From Laetmonice hystrix (taxonomy: Eukaryota): 64,000 nucleotides of DNA. The stretch spans positions 11,286,001 through 11,350,000 of the forward strand of contig OZ249436.1 of NCBI GenBank assembly GCA_965235115.1, given 5' to 3'. The notes below the pieces were generated by a model. It saw only the letters and a list, made by a program, of their open reading frames with translations. It was not told the origin of the DNA and did not search any database. Made by a program: the position numbers and the translations under genes. Below, in pieces: positions 25,055-58,604 of the stretch; the first letter of the stretch is position 1, and every line of letters begins with the position of its first letter.

Positions 25055-28000
25055 TGTGTTCTGGTAATAACATCCAACTCCTCAGTCTCATTCACGTTTC
25101 TTGTATCTTGCCCAGAATCAGTACGTCACCTAAAAGAACACAATGTATAATGTTAAATTAATTTGCTTATTATAAACTGGTTATAAACTTCTTGTGTCAA
25201 GTTGAATTTTCTCTCGCTGTAATATCCTGGTTATCATTACTTCACAGGTTTTGGACGATGCCTGAAACGACAATGATTTATGGTCTCAACAGCTCAAAAC
25301 CAAAACAAAAAACAAAAAAAGGATTGATCGGCTGAAAAAGTAAATTTAGATCATCAAACAAAAGGTCATAGGCGACTGGACCCAGAAATTAGGTTTTCCA
25401 TAATGGTGGAATATTTGTCACCTTATGATCCCCTCCTGTGAGACTGATTTAGAACGTAAATAAGGTAAGTTAGACTTAGTCCCGGCCTGTACCACAATAC
25501 ACAACCAGAAATAAGGTAAGTTAGACTTAGTCCCGGCCTGTCCCACAATACACAACCAGAAATAAGGTAAGTTAGATTTAGTCCCGACCTGTCCCACAAT
25601 ACACAACCAGAAGAGGCTGGTTCCAGCAAAAGCGACCTCTGGTGGGAGTTTGCCTACGCCCCCTGAGGCTGTCTGGTCGATAGGTTTAGGCATATTATTT
25701 ACGTTTCCCCTTTGATCAGGTCCCCTGTTTATACCATTTGCCACAAGCCCCGACTTGTAGTCTAACACATCGTGATCGCCAGTATGCTCAGCTCCAAGTA
25801 AACCAATGGCCTGATCCTAGCACGACCATACACGTCGCAACGCAGCGACATCTGACGTTACTCAGCGAAACTAAGGGGAGGGAATGTCTTGCCAATTCGC
25901 TGAAATCGCAGGACAATTTTTTTTTATGGATGTTTGATCTATAGGCCTAAGTGTGTGTCTGGTGGTGGCCAGTAGGGCTGAGGATACCTAACCTAGAGAT
26001 CATAATATTATTGTGACTGATGTCATGAGTGTTTCTCAGATTTGGACTGCAAATAAAAAGCACGTTTTGCAAGACGTCTACACGTCACATGTAGAGGGAA
26101 GGTTAAGGATATTGGACCACCAATGTTTCCCCTAGTGGTGATAATTTGTACTAGATTTCAGTGCTGCCACCAAGTGGCAAACGTCCCAGGCGTCACAATC
26201 CAGCAGAAGCCACTTCATTTGAAGGGACGTAAAATGACCTTTTTATTGATGGTTCATTTTAGGGTCCTTTGCATAGGCGCCAGAAGCGGGGGGGGCGCAG
26301 GGGGGCAACCGCCCCCTCAATAATCTGGTTGGGGGGCTGAGGCTATTATAGCCTACCTTTCCAACACAAAAAGGTGCAATTACAATTCTTTAAAAATATG
26401 AGATTTGTGGGTGAAACTTCTCAGGGAGTTCAATAGGTATAGGCAACCTTTCCTAGCCTATAATCTCCCAGTGGCGGATCAGGGGGAGGGGGGTTAGGGG
26501 GTTTAAACCAATGTTTCCATAGTACTTTCTGAATTGACCATGTTGAACCCCGTCATATCATAAAGCAAATTATTTCCCTAACCCCCCCCCCCCCCCTTTA
26601 CCAAAATCCTGGATGCGCCCCTAATTCCCTAATATAGGGAATTTAGAGAAAGAGTTGACCTGCTGTCATCTAGGCCTAGTAGATAAGAAGACATATGTAG
26701 GCTAATTGTTTTCATAGAATATCTAAAGGCCTTGGTTGCTACAACCTCTGTTTACAAATTCATTAGGTCTACATATCTCGTCCTCCACCTGTTTGGGCGA
26801 TAATAAAAGTGTTTCGACCAATGACTACCTGTGTTCATATATCCTCGAATCATGTGGCACTGTCAGCAAGAACTATTTCAGATAGTTGTACTCAGGATAC
26901 CAGACGACCATGTCTACACCCGCCCAAGGTTTCCCCAAGGTAATCAATTTCAGGATGGACCTATACGTACCTGTAACTGTAGGTAGTCTAATCCAGTGTA
27001 AAGCAGTGCTTGACCTTGTGGGCCCAAGCAGGTGGGAGGCATAGCAGAGCGTGTAGTATACACTCTCTGGGCAGATCAATACTATAGTACGAGCGTGCTG
27101 CACTCTGGCGACAAAAGAAAGTAAACTTGGACCGTGCTCGTTGTTCGTGTACGGAATGTATTATGGTGTGGTCATTTTGCTGACATGAAACGCCACTTCA
27201 TCTTAATTTCGTTTTGTGTACCGTTATTGTAACTCACTAACCCTTTCAATATGAGGGTTAAGTTGCGTCACCTTGGGGAATATTGTAAAAATACGCAATG
27301 TATTAGAAACAAATGATAATTCACACAGCACTTGTAGGGGGTCTAGATTTAAAGGGTCTTAAATTAAGAAGTTTTATGAATACGGGCCAACAACAAATCA
27401 GCGAATGTCTGATAGTCAAGTTAATACGTAAACACAATCTATTTGAATACAGGAGTGGTTTGATTGGTTTGATAGGCATGCATAATCTGACGCGCATGGG
27501 CAGGCCAAATGACATCAGCCGATAACCCCCTTATAAATAAATACAATTAATGCGGTAAGCCAGTCTGTCGTTGGGAACAGTCTAGACGGAAGTGATGGTG
27601 CTTGCCAACTTAATTCTGTTAACATGCATACAGGCCCGCAAAGTCCCACTACATTAATTGCAAAGATCCCTCGTCTCAGAAATCAACTTTCGATCAACTC
27701 CTATTCTAATTTGTAGTCTAATTTAACTCGTTGTTGACTATAAAAAATAACGCAAATTGATGTACGCCACGCTAAATTTAAGGTGTCCGAACCTTTTGTC
27801 GGAGCGACTTTTATTAACACGAAAAATGACAACATAACAATGTAATTAGATGGCATAACAGTTTTATAGATCTAGATATATTTACAATACTTGCATGGTA
27901 TAAAGCAGTAAAACTGATTCTTTATATAATTTCTTATGAAAATATTTCTTAGTTTCTCCGAGGAAAGAAGGCGCCGAGAGAAAAGTTCTATATACAATCA

Positions 28001-30633
28001 ATCTTTGCAAGACTCGCGAAGATGAAACACCTTAACGTATAATATAGGCCTATATAGTCTATACATGTCTATAATGTAAATCAAGTACTTATACAAGCAA
28101 TAATTATGAGTAGTAAACCAATCTATGGTCGACAAAAAGAATAGGCCTCTATAAATCTATAGGAGAGCACGTATAATAATCCTACCTTGCGTTCTATTAA
28201 CCAGTCGTACCCAGAATGTATACAGTACAATCACCTCCATATTGTTCTTTTCAAACGGACAACAATTTTGAGAAAACGAACTGTTGGTTAAACTGACGTT
28301 TGTACGTATCCAGTTTTTACAAGCAGTTGGGTCGGAATAGAGTTCAAGTATCTAGTCAGCAATAAATTATATTATACTGGATATATTGTAGCCTACTGGG
28401 TATACTGAAACACGCACGGGACGCCATCAGAATGGTACCCCGGGACCGATTGGGGCCGATGATTATTGACGACTTATGTAGGCATACTACAGGGACCTAA
28501 GTCCTTGTAATGACACCAAGAATATCCCAATAACACGGCCATCTCAACAACATGAATCAATTATAATACTGCTTTCAGTCACAAAACATTGTTTACATTG
28601 TGATTCGTTCAGGAGATGGTCCGATGGCGATAGAAATACAACGGATACATTCCACCACAGTCATAGACATTTTGTTTACAGGTTCAGACAACTATCAGAA
28701 TTTAAGGAATGTTTTTATGCCTTGGACGCAATGATATAGACTACCGTCAGTACCCGGTAAATACTATACGATGATCATTGCCTATTGATAATGCTCTGGT
28801 TGTAAAGCAGGTTACTTCTCTGTATAGTTCTTTTCGCTTCGTTCCAGATAAACCATATTATAATATATTATACAGTCCTATTCTGAAATATGTAGTTTAT
28901 CTAAAAAGCGACAGTCTCGTTCTTCAGCATTGTGCAATAGGGGGACTATGCTTACGGTCAATGTGCTATTTATAGACGTCACTTCCTATGTTACAGCATA
29001 GGATGGTCGTAGTTATTAAATATGCCACTAGGTGTCTGCGATCATGGTCGAGATAACGGACGAGACCTTCGCTTTAAGAAAACAAACTTTCCGGTCAAAA
29101 GCTAATAACGTCTAGAGTGGCCGAAAGTCCATAGGTAAAAGGTTTTCCTAACATGGAACGTCATGAATTAGGACTATGCACAAATTCTTAGTCAAGTTTA
29201 AGCATTAAATTTGCCAGGGTTTGGACGGTTTCTATGATAAGTATAATCATTCAGCTAAAGAACATCTAACTGTCATACCAGTCAGCACTTCAGCCATCTC
29301 CTGTCGCCCATATAATAAGTTCGACTTATTATGAAGGTTACAAAGTACAGCCATCTGTCATTATTAATACTGACACAGTTCCACACACTAGTATTACAGA
29401 GTTTTACACATTTTATCCTCAGTTACCCGATAATAGTTGTATAGAGTCACTCACCAGTCAATGGCTGTGATGTTCCGCGTCCCATCAAACTAACCCGTTT
29501 AAAATCAAATAATTTATATAACAGGCTGCGGTCATACAATAAACATATAGAAAAAATGTGGTAGATATAATATAACTATCTGCCTTCATACATACAACTA
29601 TATCTAGCCATATAAAATAAATCTGTATAATCTAGAGCCTGTATAGCCTATATTGTCAACATTACGAGGAACGCATTAAAAACAAAGATCGAATATATTC
29701 TACAAGACTCGTCCATCACTACAATAATGATACCGGCCTATCGCATTTTACAACTTTTTTGGGGCTACGATGGTTAATAACATGACGGTGTACATTATAA
29801 CTGTAGCATTACCCGCTCAATACCACAACCCAAACAAACGTTATTGTTTAACCATCTTACATGCTCTACAGTCCACAACCGTACGGAGGCATTTTCTGGA
29901 TTTATGGCATTAAAACTTTTACTAGTTATCAAATTAAACAGACTAGTTTTTAGCGATTTGATAGCAGGGCGTAGAAAATAACGTCTAGGGCCTACAAGAT
30001 TTCACCGAATTCCACCGACCGATGCCATCTTTGGCCACTGACTGAATGGACTCTTTTACTTTTGACATCTATTTAGATTGCACTGGCATTGTCTGAGGAC
30101 CGAGAGGCGTGATTTTGCCTCCAACCGCATGGGAAAATTATACAGCTGCGGGACCCTAACATCTTCACATGTAGGGTTGGCAGCGGCGCGCTCTCTCGCC
30201 ATATCAAACCGATCCTCCTTTTTTAAAAGGGGTAAAACCGGGAGCTTGTGGACCCCCACCCCTTGGCTCCACTGACTTTCCATATTTCGCGGTCTCCTTC
30301 TGCAGCGAATACTTACAGGACTTTTCCTCTAACCAAACCTAATGATTCCGGAGAGATCCCCTGAAGTCGCTCTGTGACAAACATCTGTTTGGTTCGGCCG
30401 GGCTGTAGGGTTCTTTAGGCCCTACAGTGTCTGAAATGACCTAGCCACCATAACTAACAATAGCCAAAGTATAGGACCTGTTCCAAATTCTTGCAGGACT
30501 ATACGCGTGACCCGTTACATCGACTACGTCTGGACGTATTCCAATCGTAGAACCGAGCACCAGTACGATTGGCAGGCCGACTCCACGCACAACCTTTATA
30601 AGTTTCTTTATGAATAAGACAGAGGACTATTGT

Positions 30634-49817
<19,184 letters not shown>

Positions 49818-52810
49818 CTGGAACAATCCGGAACACGGTGCGAAATAATGCTACAGAACTGTGTGGATATGGTTTGGACATGAATATCTTTTCACACCAT
49901 AATTGTCTGAGACCGGTATGGCACAATAGATCTATAAATAGAACGGTCAAGTCATATCAGGCATATCTCTATAGTCTATTATGGTTTTTATCTTAAAAAC
50001 AGGGCAAGAAAACGCTATATTTAGTACTGAACATGAATAGATAGTCTCCTAGGTCTAATATTATGATCTGTCAGTTGACGGAAGGTCGGAGCATAAGTAT
50101 ATCACGTTACAATGCGAGAAATGTAGTTTGTAGGCCTAGCCTGGTCCTCAGGTCTATATTGACTACGTAGGGGGCCTATGGTGAAGGCTAATCGAAGAGA
50201 ACGCTTTGATTGGCCCATCGAAAACATGGACCGTGGCGCAAATGTCGATGGTAGTTACGTATCCTCCGTATTTCCCCAACAAGATAGAGACATTTGTGTC
50301 AATCCTTTTACAATGCAAGTGTTAAATATCCTTGCTTTTCTGGATGTAGACATAGTGTCCTACTCGGTCCCTACGACAGGCCAAGGATTCTCCAAGGCAA
50401 CGAGAGCGGAAGTGCTCTTCCTTCCGTCTGTCGGTTTCCTGACAGTGAAATTACCCAGCACCTGCCTTTTCACAGCGGACGCGTCTGTTTGGCAGGGGAC
50501 CAGGCTATTTGGAGGCCCAAATTGGCGACATCCAAATTCCGGTTCCGGTCATTTAGCCTTGCTAGGCCCATTGAACAACTTTCTCCCAACTTCAACCCGT
50601 GATAACTTCACAGTTACTGTTCTCTTATTCATCAAACTTACTATAGATCAAAACCAACATCTCTTTATAATATGTTAGAAAACATACATTTCATACATAA
50701 GAAATATTTAATTGTCAAAAAATAGGCCAATATTTGGAGAGGTGTGTACGTTCACCCTTTGGGCGGGGCTATAGTCGGTGACATAGCGTGACGTAGGCCT
50801 ATAGGAAGGTCAAATCACGCATTTTGGCTATATGCTTGTATCTTGGTCATGGTGTAGAAAAGACTCTTAGCTACCTGTGAGCATGAATATCCATACTACA
50901 CGTGACATTTACTTTGGGTCTAGGGAAGGTGCGATCCCTGCCCTGTTGGTATACCTCTGTAAAGGAATTGGATTTGTTTTTGCCCCAGCAACTCTACATT
51001 GCCTCTAGTTAGGCCTACTGTGGCTGTTTTCAGGTGTGAGGAGTGATGTACTGCATGGTTTGAATGGTGTTCGGATTAGGCCGACAAGCCCCCCCCCCCC
51101 ACAACCCTCCCCCCTACCCCCACCCTGGGCAGCACCCTGGCAGCGACTGGCGAGACCACACCCAGTTGGAATTCTTTCTCGACACTAGTCTTGCTGGCAC
51201 AAAACCAAATCTGCAAGGTAGACAAGGCTGCTTTAAGTTCCAAGACGATTTGACAAATTCATGCTCTACTGGTGAGAGAACTCTGCCAGATATACGAGGA
51301 ACTGGCGATAACTGGGGTAAAAAATGGCACGAAGCTGATCCGAGAAGTCCTTTGGTGGCGACAACCAACATATGCATACATTTTTGAATCCTACTCAGGA
51401 TTACCGAGTATGCCGTTGAGTATATGTTTCAGCGACTCCGAGGTAATATTAACCTTTATTGACAGTGGCCATCTTGACGATAGCAATGGTGATGAAGATT
51501 AACGTATACAACTCCGAGTCGACAAAGTGCATGAACACATTTTACCCCTGAACCTAGGCGGAAACGTGAACCGCAGTTGGTATCTGTAATTCCCTGGTCC
51601 TTGCGACAGTGAAGTGCGAACGTACAATGGGAAAATAAGAAATTTGGTCAGTAGAGAGAGATCACTGTAAAACGACCACTGAGATAGTCACGAACTTGCA
51701 TCCCTTTGCTCCAGCGGGGTCAGTGGCAGCTAATGGATGGCAGCGATTACAAATCTCGACCGGGAGCTCCTATATCCATAAACTGTTGTAAAGCTGTACT
51801 TTGAGTTAGTATTTACGTGGTGCCGGTTGTAGTAGACCTACGTATCCCAGGGACACAGCTGTGTCCAAGTGAAAACGTTATAATTTTTCTAGTGTCTCGG
51901 CCCTGTTTCTATTTGTTCATTATTTGAATTTCACACAAAGGGCCGACATTAGTGGCAGCTACGTCTACTGGCCATTGTTACCTCATGCATGCATGTGGTC
52001 CATAATAACTTGAGAGGGATTCGTATTATTTTGTTTATTCTGTGCGGAGACAAAATAAGTGGGAGTGAAAGGGGGAAAGTCCAGCTTGATGATTTCTCGG
52101 AAATAGAGTGGCATCAGCTCGTGCTTGGTGACTAATGCCATCGATCTGTAGTGGTACCTTGGGATGGGCAGCCATCGTGTCAGACGGGGCTGACCTCTTC
52201 TCTCGATACGCCCACACGTCACAAACTCCACTGCTCGCCCCATTTATCATCTCACAACTAGCTAAAAGACGCACTTCTCACCATCTTCTAGGCTATAGTT
52301 GGATTTCACGAAGAGATGCGAATTTAGAAGGAGACTATCCCTAGATTGCTGGCTTCTCCATCGAACGTCGTTCTGGGGTTGAATCGTCATAATTGTAAAT
52401 ACATTCAGTGATTAATTTATTTCTGCTTCTTAGTCATTTTCTATTCCCAATTGGCTTTCCTTGTCAATAAGATTTATCTGGTTTCTTTATGATATAACAC
52501 ACTCTGAAATTTGCCGTGAGAATTTATTAAATGCGTCCCATTCAGTGTCAGGATAGCCCAGCAAAAACGAAGGAAAGAGAATGTTCGGCTTCTCATTATC
52601 CTGGCCGAATGAAAGGCCAATCGAGAGTGGGAATGTGTACGTCACAAATTTATTTTAACCGGATTCTCTTCTATCTGCACGAACCCAGCGGGGTTTTACG
52701 TAATCATACCCTGAAACTGGCATATATCCCCTAGATCTCTGCGTAATTACACACACCTGCTGTCAGTTCCAGCGATCGACAGCCACGGCGTTCATGGTTC
52801 CAGAGTGCGA

Positions 52811-53015
52811 GGCCACATCACACGGTACGATCTACGATTACCTACGCTACGAGAAGACAGAAAATCGCACGATGATGAGAACAGTATGGTATGTTCTGCT
52901 TTAGGTGAGGTATCGTATCGTAAACACACTCACACTGTACGATGGCACAAGATTTCCTTTCGTATCGTAGAGAATCTTGCGCTATCGTAGAAATATCGTG
53001 CCGTGTGAGGTGGTT
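52811..53015. mobile_element. MITE, PIF/Harbinger-like
   Basis: GGCCACATCACACGGTACGAT .. ATCGTGCCGTGTGAGGTGGTT inverted termini. Confidence 0.6.
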
Positions 53016-55330
53016 TGGGGTTTCAACGTTCACCCTAATGTTAAACCAATGGTTAATTGTGACGTAACGGATGCTGCATGTCGCCATCGATGCTCATTAA
53101 CATAACGTTTTGATAACTAGGTCACGAGACTTACGCTCCCCCGTGAAAACACGAGGATCTCTTCAGACTTAAATTTAGGCAAAGAATTCTGTTTTCTATG
53201 TAAAAGATTTCTTTGCGCACTGCTTAGACATATTTGATGTCGACAGTTAGGGTTCATTAAGTCCGATAATGTTCGCCAAGATGTCCATTTCTATGTTGAT
53301 TAGCATTCTTTATGTGCCGGAACCTTCAGACCTCATTGCGACCTCGGGATCACCCTACTGTCCTCGTTATCAAAGGTCAGAGGCAGTAGGCCCTTATCGT
53401 TATTACGTCCTCGTCAGATTTCTCCTGGTCGAATGGGGGTCAACGTCCCCCGCGCTGAGCTGCGATAATGTAACTGATGGAACAATAGATGTAGTAGGAC
53501 TTGTTGTCATACATCACCATTAAACGAGCTCATTATTTCAAATCTTGTCTGAAGTATATTATTTCTAAAGGTAACAACATTTCGTGACGATTTTTCCATA
53601 CTCATTTGTTCCCTCTGAATATAAGAAAAGCATTAGATATTCATATAAACTAATTAATTTCTTACTTTAAAATTCGCAAAAGAATCCAGGTCATTAATGC
53701 TTTACCGATGAACATTTGCATAAATAATCCGAAGATTGTCAAAATCTCCAGCCATCGGTAGAAAGGGCAGACAGAGCCTTTCCTGATTATTTCTCGGGGG
53801 AACCAATTGGTTTTTGCATGTGATGTCTGCTGAGAAGATCGAATGATTAATTGCATCATTTCCGACCTCGGCTTTCTGACATCTCCGCAATGGAAAAGAT
53901 AGTGACTTATGGACAATAAGACGCTAAGGCCGGAAAGGGCACTTTGAGCCTATTGGGATAACAAAGAATTTCCCGTGGCCCTTCAACTTGAAAATCGTGA
54001 AAATGGTGTTTCCATGTCAGTTTGACGTCCTTTGCCCACCGGGCCCTCATCACGGTAAAGACGAAATGGACTTGAAGGAGATGGACTAGGTCCGGGGGAT
54101 GTGAGTTGTTTAACGTTTTCCCTGCCACCAGTTGAGACCTAGAACTTGTTTGGCATACCGATCACCAAGCCAGGCAGTTGGAGAAACCACTATTGAGTGG
54201 GGGAACCTCCGCGCCGACAGACTGCTGTGACTGGCCAGAACATGGTCCAGCAAACAACAGAGCCGACCATTGACAAATCAGGAGTACATTTTGGTAAACG
54301 TCAGGCATGCCGTGGATATGAACCCATAAACCAAAGGTCCCCAATCGGCCCTGCGATCCAAGGGCCCTCTTTCTATTATAATTTTTGTATTTATTAGTAT
54401 TATTATATAAATAAGGCGCATAAAATGTGAATGATCTTGTCTACTCTAATGTTACTGTAGTCTAATGTAGTCTAACAGGGTTGAACGTCGCATAAACAAT
54501 AACTTGTCATAGAGGCGTGTTAAGAAGATGCCTCGAAATGCCACAACCATCAGAAAATGTGTCGGTAATACTTTCCTAACAACCCGTCCTAGCTCTAGTC
54601 AGACGTTTTGTTTATCAACCGTTGTTATAGAGACACAGGTGGACAAACAGCAGCTCGGTGGCCAGCATTCACCGATTAATTAAACAATTAAAAACGCGTC
54701 AAAGGGCTTACAAAGTCTACTATAATCTAGCATCTTTATGTATCATAACGTCTTTTCACTTTTTATGCCAATTTCCTGGAGAGTAATATCAATCTAAATA
54801 TTTACTGCGTGATTAACATTTCCGGGGCGCGATTTTTCGTTTTCTTTGTTTTTTGTTCTGTTTTTGTTTGTTCATTGGGTTATTGCTATTTGCTTCGGGT
54901 CAGATTCATCAAGACATTGTTCAATCATGGGTTATCGTACTTTGGGCTCTCACATTTCATGTTCATGATAATAGGGATACACCAGGATGGGGGATACCTA
55001 CCCAGATTACCGAGTTTAATGAAATAGCTGGTGTATTTGGTTCAAAAGGTGGAGCCATCCATTGCCAGGCGTCCATATTCAGTGTGCCTTCAGTTGGAGC
55101 TCTCCATACCGTCAACTATTACACTGATGTGGTGTTATCAGGGAAAGAGGCAATTTGTCTTTCAGAGTGTCTGTGGTCGGATGGTGGAAGACCAAACCAC
55201 TCGGCGCTTCGACCGGCCGTGAAAACGGGTCGTCTACAGCAGGTCGAACATTCTTCAATCATGCTCAACGATTCGGCGTGATACTGCTGCATTAATAACG
55301 TTTGAACGATGTGGATTCTCACGCCTGTAT

Positions 55331-57026
55331 GTGGCTAAGTGACAACGTGTGAGCAGCGCCCTACTGACAGGTTTGGGGTGTGGCCATGTGACAACGTGTG
55401 AGCAGCGCCCTACTGACAGGTTTGGGGGGTGGCCATGTGACAACGTGTGAGCAGCGCCCTACTGACAGGTTTGGGGTGTGGCCATGTGACAACGTGTGAG
55501 CAGCGCCCTACTGACAGGTTTGGGGTGTGGCCATATAACGTGTGAGCAGTGCCCTACTGACAGGTTTGGGGTGTGGCCATGTGACAACGTGTGAGCAGCG
55601 CTCTACTGACAGGTTTGGGGTGTGGCCATATAACGTGTGAGCAGTGCCCTACTGACAGGTTTGGGGTGTGGCCATGTGACAACGTGTGAGCAGTGCCCTA
55701 CTGACAGGTTTGGGGTGTGGCCATGTGACAACGTGTGAGCAGCGCTCTACTGACAGGTTTGGGGTGTGGCCATGTGACAACGTGTGAGCAGCGCCCTACT
55801 GACAGGTTTGGGGTGTGGCCATGTGACAACGTGTGAGCAGCGCCCTACTGACAGGTGTAGGGGGTGGCCATGTGACAACGTGTGAGCAGCGCCCTACTGA
55901 CAGGTGTAGGGGGTGGCCATGTGACAACGTGTGAGCAGCGCCCTACTGACAGGTTTGGGGGGTGGCCATGTGACAACGTGTAAGCAGTGCCCTACTGACA
56001 GGTGTAGGGGGTGGCCATGTGACAACGTGTGAGCAGCGCCCTACTGACAGGTTTGGGGGGTGGCCATGTGACAACGTGTGAGCAGCGCCCTACTGACAGG
56101 TGTAGGGGGTGGCCATGTGACAACGTGTGAGCAGCGCCCTACTGACAGGTGTAGGGGGTGGCCATGTGACAACGTGTGAGCAGTGCCCTACTGACAGGTT
56201 TGGGGTGTGGCCATGTGACAACGTGTGAGCAGCGCCCTACTGACAGGTGTAGGGGGTGGCCATGTGACAACGTGTGAGCAGCGCCCTACTGACAGGTTTG
56301 GGGTGTGGCCATGTGACAACGTGTGAGCAGCGCCCTACTGACAGGTTTGGGGTATGGCCATGTAACGTGTGAGCAGCGCCCTACTGACAGGTTTGGGGTG
56401 TGGCCATGTGACAACGTGTGAGCAGCGCCCTACTGACAGGTTTGGGGGGTGGCCATGTGACAACGTGTGAGCAGTGCCCTACTGACAGGTTTGGGGTGTG
56501 GCCATGTGACGTGTGAGCAGCGCCCTACTGAGAGGTTTGGGGTGTGGCCATGTGACAACGTGTGAGCAGCGCCGTACTGACAGGTTTGGGGGGTGGCCAT
56601 GTGACAACGTGTGAGCAGCGCTCTACTGACAGGTTTGGGGTGTGGCCATATAACGTGTGAGCAGCGCCCTACTGACAGGTTTGGGGTGTGGCCATGTGAC
56701 AACGTGTGAGCAGCGCCCTACTGACAGGTGTAGGGGGTGGCCATGTGACAACGTGTGAGCAGCGCCCTACTGACAGGTTTGGGGGGTGGCCATGTGACAA
56801 CGTGTGAGCAGCGCCCTACTGACAGGTTTGGGGTATGGCCATGTGACAACGTGTGAGCAGCGCCCTACTGACAGGTTTGGGGTGTGGCCATGTGACAACG
56901 TGTGAGCAGCGCCCTACTGACAGGTTTGGGGTGTGGCCATGTGACAACGTGTGAGCAGCGCCCTACTGACAGGTTTGGGGTATGGCCATGTGACAACGTG
57001 TGAGCAGCGCCCTACTGACAGGTTTG
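55331..57026. repeat. Minisatellite, 49-bp unit, about 35 copies
   Basis: GTGACAACGTGTGAGCAGCGCCCTACTGACAGGTTTGGGGTGTGGCCAT. Confidence 0.98.
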
Positions 57027-58548
57027 ATGTCACACATACTGATGTTACACACATTGTCCCAGTGCCAATCACTGAGACGGCCGACAAGTTCCGACTTAAA
57101 CCGTTCTTACCTCACAAACATGGCACCTTTCCTGTGAGCCACAATTTTCCATGCGACGGCCCCAAAGAAAAGACTGGTGTCAAAATCGCATGGACGTCGC
57201 ATAGTGGATCACAGGTTTAGGGTGCCTTGTTTATAAAACAGGCACCCGATCTTCTCCAGAATGGCAACGTAAGCAATACCGGACCGAATTATACTGATCA
57301 ACTACCCCGCCACCAAATAAATAAATGAATTGAAAAAATCTCCACACACCGACCTATCTACCTACTCCCCTAGGGATATATGCCTGCGCACGCTGAGTGT
57401 CGATCTACTGAGGTCGGCATCGTCAACCCGGCACGCATCAACAATTCATTTTAATAGCATGTCGCCCGTTTCTTTTATTCATACTATCCATTTCCTATTT
57501 CACTTAATGCGTCCATTTCAACATATATAGTTCGGAACCGCGAGGCCTACTGACCATTAGGGTGTGCCGGGCTAAACATAATCATTGTGCATGCAGTCGG
57601 GGCGGTCTTAACCGCACGATAATGGTTACGTGTGAATAAATCAACCTGTCTATGGCCGCCAGGGGGAGTCACTCTATAGTCCATCGTGTTTGAATTAAAA
57701 TGAATTCATCATGCTGGGTTGGCAATTCGTAGATACGAGTATATAGCGTATATAATAGAAACCTCTGAGGTCACACGCATTCACACTTACATCTATTAGA
57801 TATTTACATTATGTATGAATAATTATAAACCCTGTAGTTATATTCTAGCATGGAGGGGTTCGTAATTCCCAAGGAACCTCTCCAAGACTCGGATAATGTA
57901 ATGTGACGCCGATTTGGCGTGAAACCCGTAGCCAACATGGCCCAGTCCGTGGGAGAATCGGTCCACGGTTTTAGATCCACTTTGTTGCATGGCCACCTCC
58001 TCTGCCACACAGCATTCTCTGTAACTCGGTGAGGGGTGCCAACCGGTATGCCCCTACGGAACGGTTGATGACCACCAACATATCAGTTTATATAACATAT
58101 CAGTTTATATCTGTCTGACTGATTACCACCTTAATCCGCGAGATACATGGCTATGATAATAGTTCAGTGTGCGCCATTGTAAAAGTTCTATCGGTATTTT
58201 AAATCTTTCTTTCTTTAAATAATAAAGATAATATATAATAATAATAATAATGCATTGAGATAAATGACATCCTGTACTCAATACATACTTGTGTTCTCTG
58301 TCGATTCCTACCAGACATACTGCCATGGATGACTAAGTCGTAGGCCTATAACTGTAACACTACACCATGTCTTAGATGCCGTTCTGTTCCATATGGCTGA
58401 TTTTGCAACATGCAGACATGCTAAGTGACCTTTGACTTCAATTCACGATGCAAAGGTCCCCTCAAAGATTGTACTATCCTAGTACAATTTTTAGTCCCCT
58501 TTGGCATGTCCTTCGGGCCATAGAAGCAAAATTATCCAAAGACACAAA

Positions 58549-58604
58549 TTGTATCATGAAATCCAAGATGGCGGATGGCAGCCATCTTGGATTTCATGAT
58601 ACAA
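58549..58604. repeat. Perfect 24-bp inverted repeat with 8-nt loop
   Basis: TTGTATCATGAAATCCAAGATGGC-GGATGGCA-GCCATCTTGGATTTCATGATACAA. Confidence 0.9.

Larger units (their letters stand above)
23773..25928. repeat. 1,078-bp tandem duplication (23773-24850 / 24851-25928)
   Basis: Constant offset of 1078; only one substitution seen (23873 T vs 24951 C). Confidence 0.97.

Noticed and set aside
57111..57172. Candidate Ret exon 1 (ATG..GAG|GTAAGA)
   Set aside because: Phase 0 rather than 1, and MENCGSQERCHVCE is not a signal peptide
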